Shown: in pieces, positions 1 to 10,030 of the stretch
Numbering within the stretch: position 1 is the stretch's first letter
Layout: every line of letters begins with the position of its first letter
Origin: Gemmatales bacterium
GTDB taxonomy: Bacteria; Planctomycetota; Planctomycetia; Gemmatales; HRBIN36
Assembly: GCA_041640595.1 (NCBI GenBank)
Contig: JBEPZY010000001.1
Span: 320,001 to 384,000, forward strand
Direction of reading: 5' to 3'
DNA: 64,000 bases
Program-made: the position numbers and the translations under genes
The notes under the pieces: model-generated
What the model was told of the DNA's origin: nothing
The model's input: the letters and a program-made list of their open reading frames with translations, nothing else
Databases searched by the model: none

Positions 1-2
1 CG

Positions 3-545
3 GTATCCGAGATCGTGGAGGCCTTTTTGCGCTACCCGCAACTGCCGATGATTCAAAGCCCAGCGGTGATCGAGCAAGCCTTGAGCAAGGGAGCACAGGA
101 AGGGATTTTTACCGTCCGGATTGGCGACCGCGTGTATTTCCAAGAATCACCGCCTGCATCCATTCTCGGTACCGACGCAGTATTGGTTCGCAAAGAACGA
201 GTTGAGTCACCTCCCGCTGATCGCAAACCCGGACCAAGCCCCTCGCCGGATACGATTGCGGTTGGTCCTCAGCCCAGCGGGACGCCATCGGTTCGTACTC
301 CACCGCCAGTGGATGGTGACCGGCGTCGTTTGACGCTCCGCGTCCGCGTACCCTGGGACAAACTTTCGGACTTTGTCCGCGGTGTCATCATGCCGCTACG
401 CAACGATGGGGCCGAACTGCAAGTGGAAGTGCTCGTTCAGGCGCAGGCGACATCCGGCAGCATCAAACCGGCGACCCTGGAGCACAAGGTCAAAGAAACC
501 ATCCGGCAAATCCATGCGGAAATTTTGGAGGAGACCTACGAATAA
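3..545 (+). CDS. C-terminal part of a large ATPase, probably DUF499 family (gene starts upstream of window)
   Basis: Open frame from the window edge. A Pro-rich linker is followed by '...VPWDKLSDFVRGVIMPLR...LEHKVKETIRQI', which resembles DUF499 protein C-termini (from recall, not searched). Confidence 0.5.
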   Translation, partial: VSEIVEAFLRYPQLPMIQSPAVIEQALSKGAQEGIFTVRIGDRVYFQESPPASILGTDAVLVRKERVESPPADRKPGPSPSPDTIAVGPQPSGTPSVRTPPPVDGDRRRLTLRVRVPWDKLSDFVRGVIMPLRNDGAELQVEVLVQAQATSGSIKPATLEHKVKETIRQIHAEILEETYE

Positions 546-766
546 GCTCCACCTCATGCCGAAAAATATCACCCATGCTCCTGAAACCGCTCCTTCCCCC
601 GATCCCTAATCCCGAACCCCGATTCCCGACTCCGAATTCCCAATCACTTTCGTAGCAGCTCCACCAGCATAGGCAACCTTTACTGCAATTTGCACGTAAG
701 CCGGAGACAGACTTCCCCACTTTTGCACTCACCCCACCAGGATGAACCAGCTTCACTGTTATTTAC

Positions 767-1160
767 CTGACTCATCCCCACTTTTGGGCCTCGGATAAAA
801 GCGCTCCGAGAAGGGCATTAAGTGCTTCGGCGGCCCGCACTTGCATTCGCTCGATCCTCTGTCGCCCCATGAAAAACTCTTCTCTGCTCAGCAGACCACT
901 AAGAACTTCCAAATCTTGCAGTTGCTCTGTCATCTGGCGCCCAATGAAAAACAGACTGTACGCTCCCTGGCGATTACTGCTGCACCACATCCCAGGCAAT
1001 TAGCGCTGCATGGCCACCAAAGCCGCTGCCAGCAAAATCCAATACGCCAACGCCAGAATCAACAGCATGCGATCCAACCAATCGGGGCACATCCGTCCCG
1101 AGTTACGTTAAGAAACACCAATGCAAGAATCAGTAGCAAGCGATTCAACCAGTTGGCACG
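767..1160 (-). pseudogene. IS4-family transposase C-terminal remnant with element end
   Basis: Minus-strand fragments WLDRMLLILALAYWILL / PGMWCSSNRQ..SLFFIGRQM / AQKWG* run into an IS10-like end CTGACTCATCCCCA at 767. Stops, frameshifts and internal duplications are present. Confidence 0.6.
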
Positions 1161-1316
1161 AGTGATGATATAGGTCGCCATGAGTGATCAACGTGTCGCG
1201 CTAGCCCCAGCCTAATCGCCGGTTCTAAGCATGCTGTTTATATTAGGTTCATATTAGCCTGGAGGCCCCGGGAGGATACATCGCGTACAGCCAGGACTCG
1301 CAATCGGCATGTCCAC

Positions 1317-1929
1317 GTGCTTGGGCAGGTGCACAGAGTGCGGTGGAATGACGCAAGTGCAAGTCGCAATCTGCTGGCCAAAGCGTTGGCTCAGGTATTT
1401 CCGCAGCCGTTGGTGGCCGATGCGGGCTATGATGCGGAGTGGGTGCACGAGTTTTGTCGGGAGCGATGGCGGGTGAACAGTTGGATACCGCTGGCGGTGC
1501 ATAGTGGGGATGGTCAGGTGCGAGGCCGCTGGCGTTCCCGAATGAGGGAGATGCCGAAGGTGTACCGTCAGCGTTGGCACGTGGAATCGTTCCTAAGTGG
1601 GCTGAACCGAACCACTGGATCGCAATTGACACGCTGTGTCCGATACGGCAAAGTCGGACGACGAAGGGCTGAACCGAACCACTAGATCGCAATTGACGGC
1701 GTGGCGGTAAAGTTAAGCCTGGCAACCAGGCGCTATACTGTCAGCCACAGTCGAGGACGTAGCGAGACAAGACGTTGAACAATGAAGCGGCTCTGCGCCA
1801 CAACCGACACTACGACGACGTCGAGCACCACGAGAAGACGTTGAACAATGAAGCGGCTCTGCGGGTGGTGGCTTACGCCATTCGCTGTTAGTTTGCGCCC
1901 ACACGCGACCATGTTTTCGGCAGAGCAAA
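1317..1929 (+). pseudogene. DDE transposase remnant (IS5/IS4 superfamily), 3' half, same family as 8694-9963
   Basis: Motifs ADAGYDAEW and YRQRWHVESF. Ends in ATGTTTTCGGCAGAGCAAA (1911-1929), 18/19 identical to the right TIR of the 8694-9963 element. Confidence 0.8.
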
Positions 1930-2222
1930 ATAGGTTCTAGCAAATGGAAATGCTTGCTCACTATCCAGAGATTTGGTCAACCGGAAAGACACCCCTACTG
2001 GCCTGGCCGACCAATTCTCTCCGGCGAATCCAAGAACAGGTTTAGTGCGGTACTTTTATGTCGGCGGCATGCTGAAAAATTTTGGCACCTTTTGCCAGCA
2101 GCCTTCGGTTAATTAGGTAGAGGCGGACGTGAGCCGGCCAGCGTTCGCAACGGTGCAAGCGAATCAACAACCCAACCGCCAAACCAATTCACAACCCAAC
2201 CACCAACAGAGGAGGACGAACC

Positions 2223-2690
2223 ATGCTGCGGAAATTTGCTCTCGCTGGAGTGCTTGCCCTGAGCGTGCACCTTGCACAACCTGTCGCCCGACTCGGCTCC
2301 GAAGCTGCTGCACAGTCTGTTACCCCAACCGACTACTACATCGCACGAGCCCTGCTCATCGCGGACAGGTATGAACGCGTTGCCAGTATGGCAGCTCAGC
2401 GGGGCGATATCTTCACTGTCGCTCTTGCCTATAGACAAATGGCTATAGAACTCTCCTGGCTTCCCACCTGGGGCGTTGATCCCGACGTGGTGAGAGTTAC
2501 TTACAAGGTAGCCGGGTTGGCCTTCTCCTATGGCAATGCAGTGCTCGAGCTAAACAACCCCTGGCTCCACGATCATTGGAAAGCAATGAGACTGCTGGAA
2601 CTGGCAGCGCGGATGGCCGACCTCGAAAACGAAATCAGGCACGCCCAGCTTAGAGCCGTGCTGAGGGCCAGTTCGGGCCCGTTCGACTAA
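2223..2690 (+). CDS. Hypothetical secreted protein (155 aa)
   Basis: GAGGAGG RBS upstream; N-terminal signal-peptide-like MLRKFALAGVLALSVHLA. Confidence 0.7.
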   Translation: MLRKFALAGVLALSVHLAQPVARLGSEAAAQSVTPTDYYIARALLIADRYERVASMAAQRGDIFTVALAYRQMAIELSWLPTWGVDPDVVRVTYKVAGLAFSYGNAVLELNNPWLHDHWKAMRLLELAARMADLENEIRHAQLRAVLRASSGPFD

Positions 2691-2812
2691 GCTGCCGACA
2701 AGTGTCCTTATATTCGAGTAGCAGGTCGCCCAGGCGGGAGGTCGCTCCGAAACGGGGGTGGCCTTCCCCAATTTTTGTTGCTGTACGCTTTTTTGTACTG
2801 GGCGCTCGCTGG

Positions 2813-4631
2813 CTATTTCCCACCGAGATCGCGATACAACTTTTCTACCAGCTTCAGAAGTTCTTGCGGTTCGGCCAAATTGGGATAGTTATCCACGACC
2901 TCGAGTAAAATTTTTCTCGCACGCTGTAGGTGCCGCAGGGCTTCCTCGGTTTTTCCTTGAGTTGCGTAAAGAATACCCACTGCGCCTAGCACCCTGCCGA
3001 GGTCAACCTTGTACTCTACCACCTGGGGATGCTCGGCCACCAGTTGCTCGCGCAGTTGCAAGGCCTGGCGATGGGCTTTTTCCGCCTCGGCCACGCGACC
3101 GGTGGCTTTCAGCAACAGGCCCAGGTTGTTGTGCGTGGTGGCCAGTTGCTGGCGGTACTCGGGCACCTGGGGATGCTCAGCCACCAGTTGCTCGCGCAGT
3201 TGCAGGGCCTGGCGATGGGCTTTTTCCGCCTAGTCCGCTCGACCGGTGTCTTTCAGCAACACGCCCAGGTTGTTGTGCGTGGTGGCCAGCTCCTGGCGGT
3301 ATTCAGGCACCTGGGGATGCTCAGCCACCAGTTGCTCGCGCAGTTGCAGGGCCTGGCGATAGGCTTTTTCCGCCTCGGCCACTCGACCGGTGGCTTCCAG
3401 CAACACGCCCAGGTTGTTGTGCGTGGTGGCCAGCTCCTGGCGGTATTTAGGCACCTGGGGATGCTCGGCCACCAGTCGCTCGCGCAGTTGCAGGGCCTGG
3501 CGATGGGCTTTTTCCGCGTCGGCCAGTCGACCGGTGACTTCCAGCAACAGGCCCAGGTTGTTGTGCATCCCAGCCAGTCCCTGGCGGTGCTGGGGCACCT
3601 GGGGATGCTCGGCCACCAGTTGCTCATAAAGTTGCAAGGCTTGGCGATACGCTTTTTCCGCCTCGGCCACTCGACCGGTGTCTTCCAGCAACAGGCCCAG
3701 GTTGTTGTGCGTGCTGGCCAGGTCCTGGCGGTATTCGGGCACCTGGGGATGCTCGGCCACCAGTCGCTCGCGCAGTTGCAGGGCTTGGCGAAAGGCTTTT
3801 TCCGCCTCGGCCACGCGACCGGTGGCTCGCAGCAACACGCCCAGGTTGTTGTGCGTGGTGGCCAGTTCCCGGCGGTGCTCGGGCACCTGGGGATGCTCGG
3901 CCACCAGTCGCTCGCGCAGTTGCAGGGCCTGGCGAAAGGCTTTTTCCGCCTCGTCCGCCCGACCGGTGGCTACCAGCGACACGCCCAGGTCGTTGTGCGT
4001 GCTGGCCAGGTCCTGGTGGTACTCGGGCACCTGGGGATGCTCGGCCACCAGACGCTCTTGCAGTTGTAAGGCTTGGCGATGGGCTTTTTCCGCGTCGGCC
4101 AGTCGACCGGTGGCTTGCAGCAACAGGCCCAGGTTGTTGTGCGTCATGGCCAGTTGCTGGCGGTACTGGGGCACCTGGAGATGCTCGGCCACCAGTTGCT
4201 CGCGCAGTTGCAAGGCTTGGCGATAGGCTTTTCCCGCCTCGGTCACTCGACCGGTGGCTTGCAGCAACGCGCCCAGGTTGTAGTGCGTGGCGGCCAGCTC
4301 CTGGCGGTATTTAGGCACCTGGGGATGCTCGGCCACCAGACGCTCGCGCAGTTGTAAGGCTTGGCGATGGGCTTTTTCCGCCTCGGCCACTCGGCCGGTG
4401 GTTTCCAGCAAGATGCCCAGGTTGTAGTGCGTTCTGCCCAGTTCCTGGCGGTACTCGGTCACCTGGGGATGCTCGGCCACCAGTCGCTCGCGCAGTTGCA
4501 GGGCCTGGCGATAGGCTTTTTCCGCCTCGGCCAGTCGACCGGTGGCTTGCAGCAAGTTGCCCAGGTTGTTGTGCGTGCTGGCCAGTTCCTGGCGGTATTC
4601 AGGCACCTGCGGATGCTCGGCCACCAGTTGC
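2813..4631 (-). pseudogene. TPR repeat cassette (42-aa/126-bp repeats) with no true N-terminus and one in-frame TAG at 3230-3232
   Basis: About 13-14 copies of AEHPQVPEYRQELAxTHNNLGxLLxxTGRxAEAEKAxRQALQLRExLV. ORFs 3230-4624 and 2813-3184 share a frame and are separated by a GAG>TAG change. The cassette begins mid-repeat at the kinase stop. Confidence 0.8.
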
Positions 4632-7223
4632 TCACTTCAAGTCGGCGATATACCACACGCGCACCGTCTTATCAGCACTCCCCGACACGAAACTGCGGCC
4701 GTCCGGCGTCACCGTTACGCTGGTGACCCGATCTTGGTGGCCAGAGAACCGCCGCACTTCTTTCCCCCTCGCCAAGTCCCACAAACGCACCGTTTTGTCC
4801 TCGCTTCCCGAAACGATGTATTTGCCATCGGGCGTCACCGCGACGCTACTGACCCCGCTCTCGTGCCCCGTGAACCGCCGCACTTCTTCCCCCGTCGCAA
4901 GCTGCCACAAACGCACCGTTTTGTCCTCGCTTCCCGAAACGATGTATTTGCCATCGGGCGTCACCGCGACGCTACTGACCCCGCTCTCGTGCCCCGTGAA
5001 CCGCCGCACTTCTTTCCCCGTCGCCAGGTCCCACAAACGCACCGTTTTGTCCCAGCTTCCCGAAACGACGTATTTGCCATCGGGCGTCACCGCGACGCTA
5101 CTGACCCCGCTCTCGTGCCCCGTGAACCGCCGCACCTCTTGCTCCGTCAACAACAGCGCCCACAAACGCCACAAACGCACGGTTTTGTCGCCGCTTCCCG
5201 AAACGACGCATTTGCCATCGGGCGTCACGGCGACACTCCAGACCGAACCCGCGTGCCCCGTGAACCGCTGCACTTCTTTCCCCGTCGCCAGGTCCCACAA
5301 ACGCACGGTCTGATCCGTGCTTCCCGAAACGACGTATTTGCCATCGGGCGTCACGGCGACGCTCAAGACCGGATTCTGGTGCCCCGTGAAACTGCGGACT
5401 TCCTCGGCACTGGCCAGGTCCCAGACGCGCAGCGTCATGTCCGAACTCCCTGACACTGCATGGCGTCCATCAGGGGTTACCGCAACGCAATTTACGGCGC
5501 GTTCGTGTCCGATCAGTCGCGTGCCTCGAGACTCTTGTAGCGCTAACCACAATAGCCTCTCTGCGTCGGCTAGCCTTCTTTCTGATTCAAGCAGCCTTCT
5601 CTGCATTAGAACCAGCCTTGTCTCTGTTTCATCTAACCTTCGCAGGAGATCGTGAGAAATCTGCTCTGCTTGTAGACGTAATTTGCGGGTAGATTCTAAT
5701 TCCTTAGCCAAGGACAGAACGCGTTCTCTTTCTGCTGCTAGCTGCTTTCGTGTTTCAGCTAATTCAAGAGCTAATTCCCGGCTAGCTTCTAATTCCTTCA
5801 CCAAAGACAGAACGCGTTCTTTCTCTGCCGCTAGCTGCTTTGTGATTTCAGCCGATTCGCGCTCCAATCGAAGAAGACGTTGTTCAGTGTCCCGTCGGTC
5901 CTCCTCCGTCTGCTTCAATTTCTCGTCCAAAGAGTCCAGGGCCGATGCCAGGTCGCGATTGGTCTGAGACAGCTGATGGTTCCTGGTGGCCAGCAGCAGG
6001 GAGAAAGCAACGGTCAAAGTCAGCACGAGAATCATTGACACTGCAGCGGCACCGGCCAGCCTCCCTTGCCGCCGCAACCATCGCGCCAACCGCTGCCCCA
6101 GCGGCTCACGATAAACCGCCACCGGCTCATCCGCCAGCCAGCGTTTTACATCCGCTGCCAGCTGCTCAGCGGTGGCATAGCGCGCCTGCGGGTCGTCCGC
6201 CATCGCCTTGCGGCAAATCGCTTGCAGTGCCGCCGGTATCCACGGCTTCAGCTGCCGCGGTGGTTTAGCCGGCCGGCCCAGACAAAATGGAGGCTGTCCG
6301 GTTAGCAGGTGATACAGTGTCGCTCCCAGGAGAAACACATCGGTACGCTCGTCGGCCGGCTTACCATCCACCTGCTCCGGAGCCATGTAGGCTTCCGTGC
6401 CCAGTTTTGCTCCGAGTCGGGTGTGGTGATCGTCCGCACCGTCGGGCGGCTTGGCCGAATCCGGAAAACCAGCGTCGCCGTCCACCAATTTCCGCCGTGC
6501 TAATCCCCAATCGAGCACAATGGTCTCGCCGAACCGGCCCAGGATGATGTTGTTCGGTTTCAGGTCGCGATGGATGATGCCCCTGCTGTGGGCATACGCC
6601 ACCGTCTGGCACACCGCCACAAACCGCTGCAACAGTTCACGAAATTGCAGTTGCACTTTCGTCCGGCGGAAGTCGCGGACACTCTGGCAGCTTTCGTGCC
6701 AGGCGTGGATGGCCTGGTCGAACCTTTCACCTTCGACATACCGCATCACGTAGTAGAGCCGGCCATCCTGCTGCCCGCGCATCAACACCGGCACCACGCC
6801 GGGATGTTCCAGCAACGCGGTGATTTCCGCTTCCCGCTGGAAACGGGCTGGCAGAGTGGGTGTACGGGCAAACTTGATGGCCACCTTGCGATTGAGGACC
6901 AGGTCGTCGGCCAGGTACACCACTCCCATGCCGCCTTTGCCGATTTTTTTCACGGTGCGATACTGAGCCACCTGCATAACCTTTTCCGGCGGCGGCACCT
7001 CAGGCGGAGGCTCTCTCCCAGCTCCCGGCGGTTGCAGGGAATCTTCCTCGAGCGACGTAAGGGTGTCTTCTTTTTCGGAAGGCGTGGCGGCCTGGCGTGA
7101 CGCCTCCGACTGCTCATTAGGTGGGTTTCCCCCTGCTAACTTTTGCGACTCCGCAGGTGGCTGCGTGGATTGCTGGTCCTGGGGCCTGTGAAACTCACCC
7201 TGGGCTCCCGGTTGCGTAGCCAT
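4632..7223 (-). CDS. Hanks-type Ser/Thr kinase + TM + coiled coil + WD40 repeats
   Basis: GKGGMGVVY, VAIK, HRDLKPNN, DWG and GTEAYMAPEQ motifs; a hydrophobic segment; seven GH...WD-type repeats. Confidence 0.95.
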   Translation of the reverse strand: MATQPGAQGEFHRPQDQQSTQPPAESQKLAGGNPPNEQSEASRQAATPSEKEDTLTSLEEDSLQPPGAGREPPPEVPPPEKVMQVAQYRTVKKIGKGGMGVVYLADDLVLNRKVAIKFARTPTLPARFQREAEITALLEHPGVVPVLMRGQQDGRLYYVMRYVEGERFDQAIHAWHESCQSVRDFRRTKVQLQFRELLQRFVAVCQTVAYAHSRGIIHRDLKPNNIILGRFGETIVLDWGLARRKLVDGDAGFPDSAKPPDGADDHHTRLGAKLGTEAYMAPEQVDGKPADERTDVFLLGATLYHLLTGQPPFCLGRPAKPPRQLKPWIPAALQAICRKAMADDPQARYATAEQLAADVKRWLADEPVAVYREPLGQRLARWLRRQGRLAGAAAVSMILVLTLTVAFSLLLATRNHQLSQTNRDLASALDSLDEKLKQTEEDRRDTEQRLLRLERESAEITKQLAAEKERVLSLVKELEASRELALELAETRKQLAAERERVLSLAKELESTRKLRLQAEQISHDLLRRLDETETRLVLMQRRLLESERRLADAERLLWLALQESRGTRLIGHERAVNCVAVTPDGRHAVSGSSDMTLRVWDLASAEEVRSFTGHQNPVLSVAVTPDGKYVVSGSTDQTVRLWDLATGKEVQRFTGHAGSVWSVAVTPDGKCVVSGSGDKTVRLWRLWALLLTEQEVRRFTGHESGVSSVAVTPDGKYVVSGSWDKTVRLWDLATGKEVRRFTGHESGVSSVAVTPDGKYIVSGSEDKTVRLWQLATGEEVRRFTGHESGVSSVAVTPDGKYIVSGSEDKTVRLWDLARGKEVRRFSGHQDRVTSVTVTPDGRSFVSGSADKTVRVWYIADLK

Positions 7224-7325
7224 GGTTCAGCCTCCGATGGAGATAACCTCGGCTGATGACCCGTCGCCTGCTACGTTTCGACTGGATTTTTATATACGGG
7301 CCGCCCTTCGGTGCCAGCCTATTGT

Positions 7326-7650
7326 CCACGGTGGGCTGACGCCCACCGCTCCTGGTTGTGTGTTCGCCAGTTGCCGAACAGCCCTTGATTTTCACCGCGC
7401 CGGGACGGTTTCACACACCACGGTGGGCTGACGCCCGCCGCTCCTGGTTGTGTGTTCGCCAGTCGCCGAACGGCCCTTGATTTTCACCGCGCCGGGACGG
7501 TTTCACACACCACGGTGGGTTGACGCCCGCCGCTCCTGGTTGTGTGTTCGCCAGTCGCCGAACGGCCCTTGATTTTCACCGCGCCGGGACGGTTTCACAC
7601 ACCACGGTGGGCTGACGCCCACCGCTCCTGGTTGTGTGTTCGCCAGTCGC
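7326..7650. repeat. 92-bp tandem repeat (3.5 copies) containing REP-like palindrome GGTGGGCTGACGCCCACC
   Basis: Units start at 7326, 7418, 7510 and 7602, are near-identical, and each carries a GC hairpin. Confidence 0.85.
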
Positions 7651-7720
7651 AATTTGCAATCTGACGTTCACACCTGTGGCACTTAGCACAACTGGTCCAG
7701 ATCGAGTCCAGCGTTGCGTA

Positions 7721-8695
7721 GGACCGATTACAAATTGCCCAGGCACATTGCACTACGACGGCGGGCGGGACCAAAGACAATAACCCCATGGTGCACGACG
7801 TTACAGGACAGCAATGGCCGCTCATCCACGTAGCGAGTAGTAAATGGCGAGTAGAAAGGTAGCCAACTAATCTTTCCGCCACCCAATACCCGTGGCCGAC
7901 CACACGCCGACGACCGCAAAACCCTCAATGGCATCCTCTAGGTGCTCCGTACCGGTTGTGCTTGGGAGGATATGCCCCGCTGTTATGGCAGTCCCATCAC
8001 CTGCTGGCGACGGCTGCGGAAGTGGCAAGAAGAAGGGGTCTGGGAAGGGATTGAGCGGGTGTTGTTAGCGAGCCTGGACGAACAGGGCAGGTTGGCCTGG
8101 CAACGGGCCTTTCTGGACGGCACGTTTGTGGCGGCAAAAAGGGGCGAAGCCGTGGGGCAGGTCAAGCGTGGCCAGGGCAGCAAGGTGATGGTGCTGGTGG
8201 ATGGTCAGGGATTGCTGTTGGGGACTATGGGGGCCAGTGCTCAGGAGGCAGAGGTGCATCTGACGGAAGCTACAGTGGAAACGGTTCGGATATAGCAGCA
8301 GCGCCGGCGCCTGTCTAAGCGAGCACGCGAGTTAATGTAGAAACCTTAGAACTGCGAGTTCGACACTTAGATTCATGCTCAGAAGCGGGTGCGGCAGTTG
8401 GTGGCGGACCGGGCATACGACAGCGATAGGTTGCGGGTTTGGCTTCGTCGGTGAGGGATTCGGCCCTGCATTCCGCGACGGTGAAATCGTCGTCAGTGGG
8501 GACGCTCGCCGGTGTTATCGGGGTATCGGGAGCGGTGGGTAGTGGAGCAACCGTGGTGGCGTTGGCGAAAGATCCGTGGTTGGTGGTATGTTAGGAGAAC
8601 TGGTGGTGCGTTATGAGCGGAAGGTGGAAATGTACCGTGCCTTTGTGCTCATAGCCTTCATTCTCATCTGCCTATGCGCATTTTTGAAATAGGTT
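7721..8695 (+). mobile_element. IS5-family (IS427-like) element, decayed transposase
   Basis: GRPHADDRKTLNGIL*VLRTGCAW, LDGTFVAAK with slippery AAAAAAGGGG, and ADRAYDS. Imperfect ends GGACCGATTACAAA / TTTGAAATAGGTT; several stops. Confidence 0.8.
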
Positions 8696-9963
8696 TGCTC
8701 TGTCGAAAACATCTTGGCGCGTGGGGCAGGAAGAGTTGGGATGCTCGGTCGTCGGACACGACCACGACAGCTCCCGATGGAACCGCCACGAAGTGGGATT
8801 AGCTACGATGCTCGGTCATAGATGGACCAATCATTGTCGGTCTTTGTTGCAACGGGTCCTCCTGCCCCTTTCGGGGGCACCCAGTCATGGAAGGACCAAT
8901 CATTGTCGGTCTTTGCTGTAACGTCCACACTCATTAGCTAAAATGCTCACCATGGAAGGAACCCATTTGCTCTTGGCTGTAACCAGGATACAACCGGATG
9001 CGGAGAAAATTGCGTCGGACGCAATGACGCATTTGCTCTAAGCTGTAACCAGGATCTAGCTTGATAGCTTCATACGGATCCTTGACTTCCGGCGACGCAT
9101 TTGCTCTAGGCTGTAACTAGGATACACCGCGTCCCTGGCGTGTGATTGTCGAAATGACAAGACGCATTTGCTCTAAGCTGTAATTAGGATGGCCCTGGAA
9201 TTAGCCCAGCAGGTGTTGCCCCCGTATTCGCACCCCAAAAGCCCACACCAATTCACCCAGCCGCAGTTGCTGGCCTGCTTGATTGTGAAAGCCTACCTGC
9301 GACAGAGCTATCGGGGCATCGTCGAACTGTTGGCCCTGTCGGATGGTCTGCGGCGGGTGCGTCCGCAGCCGTTGGTGGCCGACGCGGGCTATGGTGCGGA
9401 ATGCGTGCACGAGTTTTGTCGAGAGCGGTGGCGGGTGAACAGTTGGATACCGTGGCAGCGTCTGGACGGAAAGGGTAAGTGCAATCACCGCCTGCGGCTT
9501 CGGCCAACCAGGCACCCCGCTGGCAGTGTCTGGTCGGAATGGCCAAGTGCAATCACACCGTTGGAGGGCGTGGTCAATGACCCATGTTCCGAGCTGGCAG
9601 CGTCTGACCGAAAAGGGCAAGTGCGAGGCCGCTGGCGTTCCCAGATGGGAGATGCCCAAGGTGTACCGTCAGCGTTGGCACGTGGAATCGTTCCTAAGTG
9701 AGCTGAAGCGAACCACCGGCTCGCAATTGACGGCGCGGCGGTAATGTTAAGCTTGGCAACCAGGCGCTACACTGTCAGCCACAGTTGGGGGCGCGGCGGG
9801 GAAAAAACTGTAGGAGGATGGTCATGTGCAGCGCCGGTGCTATACTGTCAGCCACAGCTGAGGAGGTGGCGGGAGTGGACGTTGAACAATGAAGTGGCAT
9901 TGCGGGTGGCGGCCTACGCCGTTAGTTTGCGCCCACACGCAACTATGTTTTCGACAGAGCAAA
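8694..9963 (+). mobile_element. IS element (DDE transposase, IS5/IS4 superfamily) with perfect 19-bp TIRs; internally deleted and interrupted
   Basis: TTTGCTCTGTCGAAAACAT (8694-8712) and its exact reverse complement (9945-9963). Fragments YSHPKSPHQFTQPQLLACL, ADAGYGAE and YRQRWHVESF. Confidence 0.85.
8815..9190. repeat. CRISPR-like mini-array (6 units, 61-69-bp period) inside the IS, upstream of the transposase fragment
   Basis: 39-bp repeats at 8815 and 8884, a hybrid unit at ~8950-8989, and 30-bp repeats GACGCATTTGCTCTARGCTGTAAYYAGGAT at 9026, 9094 and 9161. Unique spacers of ~27-38 bp. Confidence 0.7.
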
Positions 9964-10030
9964 GCTTGTTCTCTCAAGGAGAGGCGCATATAAAAGGGCC
10001 AAAAGGTAACAACAGAAGAAAGGTGTTCCT

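Noticed and set aside
3230..3232. Amber codon as pyrrolysine or programmed read-through
   Set aside because: A single GAG>TAG change in a start-less cassette with no recoding machinery visible; a nonsense mutation or sequence error is simpler.
2758..5453. Long plus-strand ORFs (e.g. 3029-4069, 4542-5453)
   Set aside because: Antisense shadows of the TPR and WD40 repeats.
7326..7650. 92-bp repeats as a CRISPR array
   Set aside because: The intervening sequences are identical, so this is a REP-like tandem repeat.
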